Assembly: GCF_964213995.1 (NCBI RefSeq)
Contig: NC_135815.1
Span: forward strand, 85,684,001-85,748,000
From: Mustelus asterias
Taxonomy: Eukaryota
Length of the DNA stretch: 64,000 nucleotides
Direction of reading: 5' to 3'
The notes under the pieces were generated by a model. It was not told the DNA's origin and searched no databases. It saw only the letters and a list, made by a program, of their open reading frames with translations. The position numbers were made by a program, and so were the translations under genes. Below, piece by piece: positions 50,207 to 63,006 of this stretch (positions are counted from its first letter, which is position 1; each line of letters opens with the position of its first letter).

Positions 50207-50750
50207 TAGAACATAGAAAAACTACAGCACAAACAGGCCCTTCGGCCCACAAGTTGTGCCGAACACATCCCTACCTTCTAGACCTACCTATAACCCTCCA
50301 TCCTATTAAGCTCCATGTACTCATCCAGGAGTCTCTTAAAAGACCCTATTGAGTTTGCCTCCACCACCACTGACGGCAGCCGATTCCACTCGCCCACCAC
50401 CTTCTGTGTGAAAAACTTACCCCTAACATCTCCCCTGTACCTACCCCCGAGCACCTTAAACCTGTGCCCTCTCGTAGCAGACATTTCCACCCTGGGAAAA
50501 AGCCTCTGAGAGTCCACCCGATCTATGCCTCTCAACATCTTATACACCTCTATTAGGTCTCCTCTCATCCTTCGTCTCTCCAAGGAGAAAAGACTGAGCT
50601 CCCTCAGCCTATCCTCATAAGGCATGCCACTCAATCCAGGCAACATCCTTGTAAATCTCCTCTGCATCCTTTCAATCTTTTCCACATCCTTCCTATAGTG
50701 AGGCGACCAGAACTGAGGGCCTGTTTGTGCTGTATTTTTTCTATGTTCTA
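50207..50750 (-). mobile_element. Young 5'-truncated CR1 with an inverted second tail
   Basis: Open RT C-terminus at 50284-50685. 50717-50750 is the reverse complement of 50207-50240 with one mismatch. Confidence 0.88.
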
Positions 50751-50829
50751 TGTTTTTTTCCCCTCAAGTCCTCAGATGTGTTGTTGCCTCTCAAATCTAG
50801 TTCCAATCTTTCCCAGAACTCCATATTTG

Positions 50830-52320
50830 AAACAGTCAAATCAAATTTCTACCCTCTGCCACAGTATTGAAACGGCTCTTATCAAAATCACAATTGACAT
50901 CCTATGTGACTGTGACAAAAGTAAACTTTCCCTTCTCGTCTTGTCTGCAGCCTTTCACAAGGCTGACTATGCCATCCTCCTCCACTGTTGTCCAGCTGAA
51001 TGGGATTGCTTTCGTTTAATAATAACCAGTATAAAGCTTACAATGGTTTCTTTTCCTGCTCCCGTGTTATTAACTCTGGTGTCCCTCAAGGATCTATCCT
51101 TGGCCCTTTCCTATTTCTCATCTACATGCTGACCTTGGTGACATCATCTGAAAACATGGTGTTAGCTTTCACAGATATCCCTATGACAGCCAGCTCTGTC
51201 TCACTGCTGCCACAGAAATTTCCTCCAATTAAATATTGGGAAGACTGAAGTCATTGTTTCCAATCTGCATTCCAAACTCCATTACCGAACTAACAAATCC
51301 ATCCCTCGCTTTGGCAACGGTCTGAGACCAAGACAGTCTGTTTGCAACTTTGATGTTTCAATTTAATTTCACATTTGCATTATTTCTCCATAACATCATT
51401 CAAATTTGTCCCAGCCTCAGCTCCTCTGCTTCGGACGACTTCATTCATGCTTTCTAGACTTGACTGTGTATATTGGGCTTGACTGTGTAAAAGTTGTGGA
51501 GCCAAAGATATATCTAAATCATAAGAGGTTTATTGTAAGATCATAACCATTTACAGATGCGCAAGACCAGGGCGTACATTTTCCAGATAATTTGAGGGAC
51601 CAGTGAAAGCCCGTTGACCTCGAGTAGGAATTTCCAGTCCTGGGGTGGGTGAAACCGGAAAATCTCAACTCGGTGTTACTCAGTCTGAGCCCGGAACATT
51701 CTAAATGAGACTGTTAGTCATGTGACTCTTGCATCATCATGTGGGCGATACTTTTTCTCCAGTCCCACACACTGACTATTTCAGCCCTAAGGACCTTAAT
51801 ACTACATTGATTCATCCAATGCACTCCTGGCTTGCCTCACACATTATACTCTCCATAATCTTGGGGTCATTCAAACCTCAGTTGCCAATTTGTTAACTTG
51901 CACCAGGTCCCTTTCACCTATCACCCAGTGTTTGCTGATGTTCATTGGTTCCCTGTCAAACAATGTCTGGATTTTAAAATTCATATTCTTGTTTTCAAAT
52001 CCCTCCATGGCTTTGCTCCTCCTTACCTCTGTAGTCTCCTCCATTAAAATCCTTGATTTTAATTGCTCCCCCATTGGTAACTATGCCTTCAGTTGCCGAG
52101 GCCCTAAACTCTGGCATACCTTCCCTACACATCTCTACCTCTCTTATTTTGTTTTCCTCCATTAAGATATTGCTTGAAATCTATTTCTTTGATCATTTGA
52201 CTTTTTGGTCATTTGATCTAATATCTCCTTATATGACTTGGTGTCATATTTTGTTTTATTATGCTCCTCTGAAGTGTCTATGTTTCATTACTCTAAGGCA
52301 CTATACAAACATACGTTGTT
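50830..52320 (+). mobile_element. Decayed L2 LINE
   Basis: HSIETALIKI, LSAAF and SGVPQGSILGPFLFLIYM motifs; L2-type tail. Confidence 0.75.
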
Positions 52321-53294
52321 TTCAGAAGGGTGTGCCAAGCTTTTACTATTCTTAGAAGTGTTTTCTAACTTCAGTCCTGAAAGATCTAGCTCTAATTTTT
52401 AGATCATATCCCCTAGATCTAGACTTCCGAACCAATGGCAATAATTTCTCTTAATCTACCGTATAAATTCCCCTCATTATCTTGAAAACCAATTAAATTG
52501 CCCCTCAACTTTAAACATTTCAGGAAATACAGAACTTAGCTATTCTTGAATTTGAAAAACCAGAGCTGTTCGCAATTTCCATGAATGATTTGGACTTGGA
52601 GATTGGAAAAACAATTTCAAAATTTGCTTATAGTTCCAAATTCAGTATGGTTAACGGAGAAGACTGTGCCAAAACACAAGACGATTCTCGCAAACTTGCA
52701 GGTGGCATGTAATCACCAGAATGAATTCCAATTTGTTAGACCAGAACACAATTGTATTGAGGGAAACTTGTAGGGTGGATAAAGAGAAATTATTGCCATT
52801 GGTTCGGAACACAGTGTGGTCTCCATTTTATAAAAAGGATGGGGATGTTGCCAAAAAGATTTACATGGCTGATACCAGAACTGAGAAGTCATACTTATCG
52901 GAAAGGTTGAAGGAGCTAGGGTCATTTTCTCTTGAAAAGAAAAAGCTGAGCAGTGACCTGATAGTTCAAAATGATGAAAATGTTTAATAGGATAGTCATA
53001 AAGATGTTTCCACCAAAAACAGGGCCATAAGTATCTGAACGTCACCAATAAATCAAACGGGTAACTCAAAAGAAACTTCTTTACTAAACAGTACAAATGT
53101 GGAACTTACTGCTCGCATGAAACAGTTGAGGCAAGTTGCACAAATGCATTTAAGGGGAATCTAGATAAATATTTGAGGTAGAAAGTAGTATAAGGATATG
53201 CTGATAGTGTGAGGAGTGGAGGAGATTCATATGGAGCATAAACACCAGCACAGACCTGTTGGGCTGAATGGCCTGCTTCTATGTTGTACTCTAT

Positions 53295-53490
53295 GGCTGG
53301 AATTCATGCCGGCGGGATTCTCCAGTCCCGCCACAGCACACCCCCACCCACGAGTTCCCTTCGGAGTGGGGTGATGTCAATGGGAATTCCTATTGACAGT
53401 GGCGGGACCAGAGAATCCTGCTGCTAGCAAACAATGCACTATCTCCCACCAACAGGAAACACATGGCTGGAGGGGCCGGAGAGTCCCGCC
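53295..53490. mobile_element. Short MITE-like element
   Basis: Imperfect inverted ends (ggcgggattctcc / ggagagtcccgcc) and internal palindrome gtcaatgggaattcctattgac. Confidence 0.55.
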
Positions 53491-53561
53491 AATTATTTTC
53501 ATTTTCATCCTCACAGGAAGCAATATCAGCATATCACAGCTACCAAAGTTCACCATGCCAC

Positions 53562-54307
53562 TGTTAGGGCCCTGGACCTGAAACCCAAGGTATAATGAAG
53601 TCAGACTAGACCCCAACATTTTTTTTCATTTCGGCATAAATGTGAGGATGGGATGCTTCACTCCAGGAACAATTCCACTGACAAATTAGGAATATTTTAC
53701 AGTAAAACAAATTTTATATAATAACACCGTTTCACTGTAACTCCCAACAAATGAATCAGCTTAACTATGACCCATTGGACAATATTTAAACAAGAAAAGA
53801 AACTTCTAATTTCTAACATCACTTATCACTGTTTCTGTTCCAAATAGGCAACATTCTTCTTACAGACTCAAAAACCACTTTAAATACAGTTAGCAACCAC
53901 AAATACACTTGCTATGATGAGTGTAAATGGCGTTCTTGCTTTCAGAGAGATTTTGTGGAGAGCAGCTTGCAGACCTCTGTCTTTAAACAAATCCCAGACA
54001 GAACTGAAAACTTTTTTTTCTCTGCTACAAACCTAGCTCCTCCCATTAACCACATTATCACATGACCTTGCCAATCCTGAACCCATCTACCATACCTTTA
54101 ATGAAAAACCCCAGGGGACCTTTTCTTTTTGAAAACAAAAGTCCATTAGTTCTCTTCTAAGTAAACGCTACATGGCTAAAATGAGTAATTATCCTGCTCT
54201 CCCAGCATCTGAGCTGCATTCTTTCCAGATATACCGACTACATGCAAAAAAAATTGAACTTTAAAACAGTCCCCTTAAACATAAATACATAGCACACTGT
54301 CATCACA
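53562..54307. mobile_element. Solo LTR
   Basis: TGTTAGG...CATCACA termini with 4-bp TSD CCAC at 53558-53561 and 54308-54311; 746 bp. Confidence 0.75.
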
Positions 54308-55482
54308 CCACTATGTATCCTAAAGTTATGAGCCCATTACTTTTGGCAGCCACATAGACAACAGGGCTTCAGCTTGCTGCTACTCTTCGGGTAGAATTCT
54401 CCTGCCACGTCAGATAGTTGTGGCTGATGCCCCGCTGAAAGGGGCATCGATCAAATATCAGGATTCCCAACAGTCATCAAGGCAATTGGGATTCACCTGA
54501 CTTGATCCACCTGCCCCGATTATTATTTCAAACACACTAATTTTAATGCAATTAGCAGGCTCCATAGAATCTCTCCATTGCAGAAGGAGGTCGTTCGGCC
54601 CATCAAGTCTGCATCAACTCTCCAACAGAACATCTTACCCAGGCCCACCTCCCGCCCTGTCCCCATAACCCATGTATTTACCCTGCTAGTCCCCCTGACA
54701 CCAAAGGGCAATTTAGCATAGCCAATCCATCTAACCTGCGTATATTTGGACTGTCAGAAGAAACCAGAGCTCCCAGAGGAAACCCACGCAGACACGGGGA
54801 GAACGTATAGACAGTCACCCAAGGCTGGAATTGAACCCGGGTCCCTGGTGCTTTGAGGCAGCAGTGCTAACCACTGTGCCATCCAATGGGTTTGATGGCA
54901 CATTTATTGGCCACCAACCATTCACCTGCATCTTCAGCAGGAAATGCACCAAGTTGGTTTTGGTGCTGATCATGAACAGCTTGGAACTGGCATGCCGGAC
55001 CCCAAGGGTCCAGGGGAGCACCAGCAAACTCTCTGAAAACAGGGGCATCCTCCCCCTTCTCACACCACACAGGTTATGAGGGTGACCTGAACTGACTCCC
55101 CCGCCCCCACCCCCCAATTGCCAATGGTGCTCTGCCTCCTGGCACTGACATCCAGGCCTGGTGCCTCAGGCCCCAAGAGGGGTCAAGATGGTAGATCCTG
55201 GGGGTATTTGCCCCGCTGCCACTGCCAGGCTGCCGAGGGACTGTCCCCAATAGAATTGGGTTAGGTGGGCCTGGACTGGGGGCAAGGGATTGACCTCGCC
55301 ACTCATCCCCGGGCCAGGGGTCTCCTGGTTGGACTATTCCTTCTAGCCCTGGCAAGCCAGAAGATCACCCCTGGCATGGTGATTTCATGATGTGGAGATG
55401 TCGGCATTGGACTGGGGTAAACACAGTAAGAAGTCTTACAACACCAGGTTAAAGTCCAACAGGTTTATTTGGTAGCAAACAC

Positions 55483-55517
55483 CACTAGCTTTCGGAGCGC
55501 TGCTCCTTCGTCAGGTG
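55483..55517 (-). ncRNA. Minimal hammerhead ribozyme of the Penelope pseudo-LTR
   Basis: Minus strand CAC-CUGACGA-A-GGAGC-AGC-GCUCC-GAAA-GCUA-GUG: intact core, stem II, palindromic AGCU in place of stem III, stem I CAC/GUG. Confidence 0.85.
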
Positions 55518-57316
55518 AGTGGGAGTTCTGTTCACAAACAGGGCATACAGAGACACAAACTCAATTTACAGAATAATGATTGGAATGCGATTCTTTACAG
55601 CTAATCAAGTCTTAAGGTACAGACAATGTGAGTGGAGAGAGCATTAAGCACAGGTTAAAGAGATGTGTATTGTCTCCAGACAGGACAGCCAGTGAGATTC
55701 TGCAAGTCCAGGCAGGTTGTGGGGGTTACAGACAGTGTAACATGAACACAAGATCCCAGTTGAGGCCATCCTCGTGTGCGGAACTTGGCTATCAGTCTCT
55801 GCTCAGCGACTCTGCGTTGTCGTGTGTCGTGAAGGCCGCCTTGGAGAACGCTTACCTGAAGATCAGAGGCCGAATGCCCATGACCGCTGAAGTGCTCCCC
55901 AACAGGAAGAGAACAGTCTTGCCTGCTGATTGTCGAGCGGTGTTCATTCATCCGTTGTCGTAGCGTCTGCACAGTTTCCCCAATGTACCATGCCTCGGGA
56001 CATCCTTTCCTGCAGCGTATCAGGTAGACAACGTTGGCCGAGTTGCAAGAGTAGGTACCATGTACCTGGTAGATGGTGTTCTCACGTGAGATGATGGCAT
56101 CCATGTCGATGATCCGGCACGTCTTGCAGAGGTTGCTGTGGCAGGGTTGTGTGGTGTCGTGGTCACTGTTCTCCTGAAGGCTGGGTAGTTTGCTGCGGAC
56201 AATGGTCTGTTTGAGGTTGTGCGGTTGTTTGAAGGCAAGAAGTGGGGGGTGTGGGGATGGCCTTGGCGAGCCGTTCGTCTTCATCAATGACATGTTGAAG
56301 GCTCCGGAGGAGATGTCGTAGCTTCTCCATTCTGGGGAAGTACTGGATGACGAAGGGTACTCTGTCCACCATGTCCCGTGTTTGTCTTCTGAGGAGGTCG
56401 GTGTGGTTTTTCGCTGTGGCGCGTCGGAACTGTCGATCGATGAGTCGAGCTCCATATCCTGTTCTTATGAGGGCATCTTTCAGCATCTGGAGGTGTCTGT
56501 TGTGATCCTCCTCATCCGAGCAGATCCTGTGTATTCGGAGGGCTTGTCCGTAGGGGATGGCTTCTTTAATGTGTTTAGGGTGGAAGCTGGAGAAGTGGAG
56601 CATCGTGAGGTTATCCGTGAGTTTGCAGTACAGTGAGGTGCTGAGGTGACCGTCCTTAATGGAGCCGCGTGTGTCCAAGAATGCAACCGATTCCGGAAAG
56701 TAGTCCATGGTGAGTCTGATGGTGGGATGGAACTTGTTGATATCATCATATAGTTGTTTCAGTGATTGTTCACCATGAGTCCAAAGGAAGAAAATGTCAT
56801 CGATGTATCTAGTGTATAGCATCGGTTGAAGGTCCTGTGCAGTGAAGAAGTCTTGTTCGAACCTGTGCATGAAGATGTTGGCAAATTGAGGTGCGAATTT
56901 GGTCCCCATGGCTGTTCCGTGTGTCTGGATGAAGAACTGGTTGTTGAAGGTGAAGACGTTGTGGTCCAGGATGAAGCGGATGAGTTGTAAAATTGCATCT
57001 GGAAACTGGCAGTTGTCGGCGTTGAGTACTGAGGCAGTTGCAGCAATGCCATCATCATGGGGGATGCTGGTGTAGAGTGCCGAGACATCCATTGTGACGA
57101 GGAGTGTTCCTGGTTCAACTGCTCCATGTGTGCTGAGTTTCTGTGGGAAGTCCGTAGTGTCACGACAAAAGCTGGAGGGAGTGTTTAATGCTCTCTCCAC
57201 TCACATTGTCTGTGCCTTTAAGACTTGATTAGCTGTAAAGAATCACATTCCAATCATTATTCTGTAAATTGAGTTTGTGTCTCTGTATGCCCTGTTTGTG
57301 AGCAGATCTCCCACTC

Positions 57317-57353
57317 CACCTGACGAAGGAGCAGCATGCTCCAAAAGCTAGTG
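57317..57353 (+). ncRNA. Degenerate hammerhead in the inverted pseudo-LTR
   Basis: CAC-CTGACGA-AGGAGCAGCATGCTCC-AAAA-GCTA-GTG; the conserved GAAA is mutated to AAAA. Confidence 0.75.
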
Positions 57354-58728
57354 GCGTTTGCTACCAAATAAACCTGTTGGACTTTAACCTGGTTTTGTTA
57401 GACTTCTTATGGTGATTTCAGGCAGCTTTATGATCAACACTTCATTCCTGATTGTCAACGATGAAAATTTGAAGTGGCCTGGTCATTTAATCTCCATGCC
57501 TCCAGGTCAGCTGGCAGTCTTTTAAATCATAACAGCACTCCATTCTGCAGCAGGGATTTCACTTTCTCTCTGTCAAAAGCTGCAGGTATGAGCAGACCCC
57601 TTTGAAGTCCTTTGACAAAACAGAGATGTCAATTTCACTGGGGAAGATGGTTACCTCTCCTCAGCTGCTCACTCAGCCCTAGTGTTTTCTCATAGGTTTT
57701 ATTTGAAGTCTATGAGCCTTACTAGAAAGTCAAAATCTTTGCAACCCTCTCTATTCCATTTCAAACCTTTGAACCCTTTCAACTTCATCGTAAAAAAGTT
57801 AAAGTTTATTTACTAGTCACAAGTAAGGCTTACATTACCATTCCAATGAAATTATTGTAAAATTCCCCAAGTCGCCACACTCCAGCACCTGTTCGGGGCA
57901 ATGCACCTAACCAGCACGTCTTTCAGACTATGGGAGGAAACCGGATCACCTGGAGGAAACCCAAGCAGACACAGGGAGAACGTGCAAACTCTCCACAGAC
58001 AGTGACCCAAGCCGAGAATTGAACCCGGGTCCCTGGAGATGTGAGGCAGCAGTGCTAACCACTAAAGTGCTTTGAATTATGCTTTCATTGACAGCTTAAT
58101 GAACTTCGACTCAGCCCCTAGCCAGCTGTATTTACTTACTTTCCCTTCATACTTGAATGCATCTCAAGTACCCTCAATTGTTACTAACCACAATGTTTAC
58201 AGACTCCTAAGCCTGATTAAGAGCTGTGTTTTTCAAAGGGAATAAATGGTTTCACTTCCTCTTTTGCAAGTGATGCTCCCCTGGTCATAGGATCGTAGAT
58301 TCCCTACAGTGCAGAAGGAGGCCATTTAGCCCATCAAGTCTCCAGCAACCACAATCCCACGCAGGCCCTATTCCCGTAATCCCACACACTTACCCTGCTG
58401 ATCCCCCTGACACTAGGGTCAATTTAGCATAGCCAATCAACCTAACCTGCACATCTTTGGACAGTGGGGGGTGAGGGGGTGGGACATCATTTCCATTTTT
58501 GGATAACTTGATCTCTGAACAAGGGCTTGCTGGTGGGTTTCTCAGGATGCATTTGCATCTTTCAGGTGGGTGAATCCCAGAAGATTCTCCCAGATTCTCC
58601 CAGTGCAAATCACTCCCATTTTCACACTGGTGGGAACACTTAGCCTGAAAATGGGAGAATTCTGTCCTTCCACTGCCATCATTTAATCACTCTTCATCCG
58701 TGCACCACTGTGTCTCATCCTGTGCAGC

Positions 58729-58915
58729 GTGACTCACCCACTGCCCTCCTAATCTATACAGTGACTAACCCAGTGTTCTTCTAGTTTATACAATTACTAC
58801 CCCAATGTCCTCCTAAAATGTACAGTTACTAACCCAGTGTCCTCTTAATCTATACACTGTGACTAACCCAGTGTCCTAATCTATATACTGTGACTAACTT
58901 GGTATGCTCCTAATA
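58729..58915. repeat. Degenerate ~32-bp minisatellite, about 6 copies
   Basis: Consensus gtgactaacccagtgtcctcctaatctataca. Confidence 0.8.
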
Positions 58916-60030
58916 CCTATCCTATGAGGTACCCAGTAGCTTCACCTTTGCATCACTGCGACTCTCCATGTGCTCCTGCTCCCCTTTGTATAAGAACGCA
59001 CTTTGTAAGCATCTCACAAATGCACCTTAATTTATTTGGTGCTTCTACTTACCTGTGCACCGTAACTCACATGTACACTCCTCACCTTGCACCAAGGCAG
59101 CCTGTACTTTGAACTCCTGCTCACCTATGCAGCATCTCATTTGGTACCCTCACTTATTCACCATAATTCACCCAGTTCTCTCTTTATCAATGTACCAACT
59201 ACATTTGACGCTTCTGTTCACCTGTTGCACCATGACATGCCCAGTCCCCTCCTCACCTGTTGCACTACGATTCACCCAGTATCCTCACCTATGCAGTGCA
59301 AATCACCTGAAGCTCAGTAAGCACACAGTCTATTTTGTATGTGGCTGTGCTGGTGTTTGCAGATCTTGATGCGAGGCTGTGTTGAAGCGCAGCATTGTTC
59401 TAGGTCACTAGCTGCTCTTTTAGGCCGGCAGTGACAGGAACATAATATTGGCTCCAGACACACTTTCAAACAGAGCTTTCATTGTAAGACACTGTGTGTG
59501 ACATCTGTGTTATGAAGCCTGGGAGTGAGTGAGAAAAGGGTCAAGTGCAAGGGATCAAAGAATCAGGCTGAATGTAAATCGCACAGAGGACAAATTAAAA
59601 AGGAAATAAGAGGGACAAAGAGACAGTAGGGGAATTGATCAGCAGCTAACGTAAAGGGGAATTTAAAGTTCTTCCATAGACACAGTCACAGTGAAAGGGT
59701 TATCAGAGAAGTAGTGGGGCCAATTAGGGATCAAAGTGAAGATCGAATGTTAAAGACAGAAACCATTGCTGAGGGATGAAATGAATACTTGGCATTGGTG
59801 ATTACTGCAGATTATTTTTTGTAGGTACCGAAGACTTTTGGAAACAATAATCTGGGAGAAAATTAATGGCCACTTGGATCTCAGCATCTGTGGCAGTTGG
59901 TAGCAGTCTTGCCTCTGAGTCGGAGATTTCCAGGTTCAAGTCTCACTCCCGGACTAGAGCACAAAATTCAAGATTGACGCTCTAGTGCAGCAGCAAAGGT
60001 GCTGCATTGTCAAAGGTGCTGTCTTAGAAA

Positions 60031-60107
60031 GTTAAGATGGCTTAGCAGTCTATGGTGCCGCGTTCAAGTCACGGTCTTGACTCTGGGTTCGAATCCCACT
60101 TCTGACA
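60031..60107 (+). pseudogene. tRNA-Leu pseudogene
   Basis: gttaagatggcttagcagtctatggtgccgcgttcaagtcacggtct..gggttcgaatcccacttctgaca resembles vertebrate tRNA-Leu(CAG/CAA). Intact B box, mutated D arm, shortened variable arm, A-run about 25 nt downstream. Confidence 0.75.
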
Positions 60108-61462
60108 AATCTCATTTGTTGAATTTATCTGCAAAAAAAATTAAAATAACAAAAGCCAGCACAAATTTACGACGGGCAAATCATGGTCAACTAACTTGAT
60201 TGAGTTTTTTTTAATGAGGTAACAGAGAAGATAAGTGGAGGCAGTGCAGTTGGCTTCTGGACTTTCAAAAGGCAATACAAATTGCAATAACTGATATTAA
60301 AAAATGCATATGGGGTCCTTGGCTTTATTAATAGTGGAAAATAGAATAACAAAAAAGGAGGTTATGCTAAATCTTTATAAATCACAGTTTTGGCCTCAGC
60401 TGGAGAGGTTGGGCTCAATTCTGGCCACACCTTAGGAAGGACGTCAAGGCCTTGAAGAAGGTGCAGATGTGATTTGGTATCATGTTATCAGGGATGAGGA
60501 ACTACAGTTATATGGAGTGACTGCAGAAGCTGGTCTTGTTCACCCCCTTATAGCGGCACAATTTGATAGGGGTCTTCAAAATTATGAATGGTTTTGTTAA
60601 GTGTAAATAAGGAGAAGCCGTTTCCAGTGGTGGAATAACCAGAGGTCACAGATTGAAGCAGACTGGCAAAGGACCAGAGGCAACATGAGGAAACATTTTT
60701 TTACACAGTGAATTGCTATCATCTGGAATGCATGGCATGAGGGAAAGGTGAAAGCAATTTCAAGAGTAAAGAAGATTGGATAAGCACTTGAAGAGAAAAA
60801 TTTACGGGGCCAGGGAGAAAAAACAGGTGAGTTGTGATTAATTGGATACCTCTATGAAAGAGCTAGTACATGCATGCTGGACTGAATGGCCTTTTTCGAT
60901 GGTGTATCTTTATTTCTATGATCGGGTTCCCTGTAACCTCCGTTGCCCATCTTTAGCCGCCAGGTTGGCCCTGCAGGTAGGTATGGTTTGCGACTCAGTC
61001 TTAGGGTAAGGTCATTTCCAGTTAGGTCTCCTTTCTAACAAGTCAACTGGATATTTAATTTTTCACAACACCTCCCTGCGTTTATATGAGATAGTAATCA
61101 AAGGCTACCAAATGAATCCTCAATCCCTGTATTTTAACCCTTTATCCAAAGACTATCTGGAAATTTGCTGTCTTCCACCTCTGGAAATACTTTTGTTATG
61201 ATCCCAGTTGATATTATAACTGGACGGGAATATCCCAGAATGGAATCCTGGCTCAAAAGACCGTAACTTTTAATTTTTTTTTTTACAAAAGATGAAAGAA
61301 CAGAGTCACAGGACTACTGATTAGTTTTAACAAGGAAAAAAGGATTTATTAAACATGAAAAAATTGATTATGATACAATATTCCTTTACTCCCCCTTAGT
61401 TTAACAGTTACACACATATTTTATAATTAACACAGATTACAAAGTGCATCTTAAGTCACAAA

Positions 61463-62815
61463 GTTAAGACAACTATCATCCCTATATCAAAGAAAAGTCA
61501 GGCAGCTTGCCTTAATGACTACGACCCAATGGCTCTGACATCCATCGTCATGAAGTGCTTCAAAAGGTTAGTCATGGCACACATCAACTCTGGTTTCGGG
61601 TTGCCTGGATCCACTACAGTTCGCCTATCGCCGCAACAAGTCCACAGTAGACATAATCTCCCTGGCCCTACACTCAACCCTGGGACACCTGAATAACAAG
61701 GACACTTACGTCAGACTTCTATTCATTGACTACAGCTCAGCCTTCAACACCATAATCTCAACAAAATTCATCCCCAAACTCCATGGCCTAGGGCTCAGCT
61801 CTTCTCTCTGAGACTGGATCCTAGATTTTCTAACTCACAGACTGCAGTCAGTAAGGATAGGTAACAACGCCTCTTCCACGATTATCCTCAACACCGGTGC
61901 GCCACAAGGCTGTGTCCCCAACCCCTTATTATACCCCTTATACACTTATGACTGCGTGTTCAAATTCCGCTCCAACTCCATTTTCAAGTTTGCTAATGAC
62001 ACCATCATAGTGAGTCCGATCTCAAACACTGACCAGACGGCGTATCGGAAACAGATAAAGAATTTGGTGAAATGGTGCAATGACAATAATCTCTTCCTCA
62101 ATGTCAGTAAAACGAAGGAGATAGTCATCAGCTTCAGGAAACGTAGTGGAGGACTTGCCCCTGTCTACATCAACAGTGATGAAGTGGAAATGGTCGAGAG
62201 CTTCAAGTTTCTAGGTGTCCAGATCACCAACAACTGTCCTGGTCCCTCCACACTGACACTAGAGTTAAGAAAGCCCATCAACAATTCTACTTTCTCAGGC
62301 GGCTAAGGAAGTTCAGCATGTCCAATCTTTACAGATGCACCATAGAAAGCATCCTCTCTGGTGGTATCACAGCTTGGTATGGCTCTTCCTTTGACCAATA
62401 CTGCAAGAAACTACAAAGGGTTGTGAATGTAACCCAGTCCATCAGACAAACCAGCCTCTCATCCATTGACACCGTCAACACTTCGCACTGCCTTGGAAAA
62501 GCAGCCAGCATAATCAAGGACCCCACGCATCCCAGATATATTCTCTTCCACCTTCTTCCTTTGGGAAAAAGAAAAAGTCTGCAGTCACATACCAACCGAC
62601 TCAAGAACAGCTTCTTCTCTGTTGCCATCAGACTTTTGAATGGACCTACCTTATATTAAACTGATCTTTCTCTACACCCTAGCTATGACTGTAACACTAC
62701 ATTCTGCACCCTCTCCTTTCCTTCGCTTTAAATGGTGTGCTTTGTGTAGCACGCAAGAAACAATACTTTTCACTGTATCCCAATACGTGACAATAATAAA
62801 CCAAATCAAATCAAA
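61463..62815 (+). mobile_element. 5'-truncated Rex1/Babar-like LINE
   Basis: [60 protein letters not shown]; tail gtgacaataataaaccaaatcaaatcaaa. Confidence 0.8.
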
Positions 62816-63006
62816 GGCTCAGTAACACATAGGCCAGGATTCTCCAAAAAAAGTTCTAAGTGTAGAATTCGTGGGGAAACTGGAGTAAATCACTCTGTTT
62901 TTTTCAGTGGGAGTTCACACTAGAATCTCCCACACTCTGTGTAATACAGAGTCACCAGTGTGATTATCACTAGATTTCAGGGGGTGGTGTCTATTCCCAT
63001 CTGGGA

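Larger units (their letters stand above)
55388..57408 (-). mobile_element. 5'-truncated Penelope-like element (Neptune type) with inverted pseudo-LTR
   Basis: RT (LVTMDVSALYTSIPH, GTAMGTKFAP, YIDD; 56163-57200), frameshifted Cys linker PCHSNLCKTC and GIY-YIG-type endonuclease (VVYLIRC...WYIGET...R). 57181-57408 is an inverted copy of about 55427-55651. 12-bp TSD atggtgatttca (55376-55387, 57409-57420). Confidence 0.93.
54389..58667. mobile_element. Non-autonomous DNA transposon (PIF/Harbinger-like) with nested insertions
   Basis: Imperfect TIRs gggtagaattctcc / ggagaattctgtcc and 3-bp TSD TTC on both sides. Contains SINEs at about 54565-54880, 57797-58063 and 58287-58463 and the Penelope-like element. 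Confidence 0.6.
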
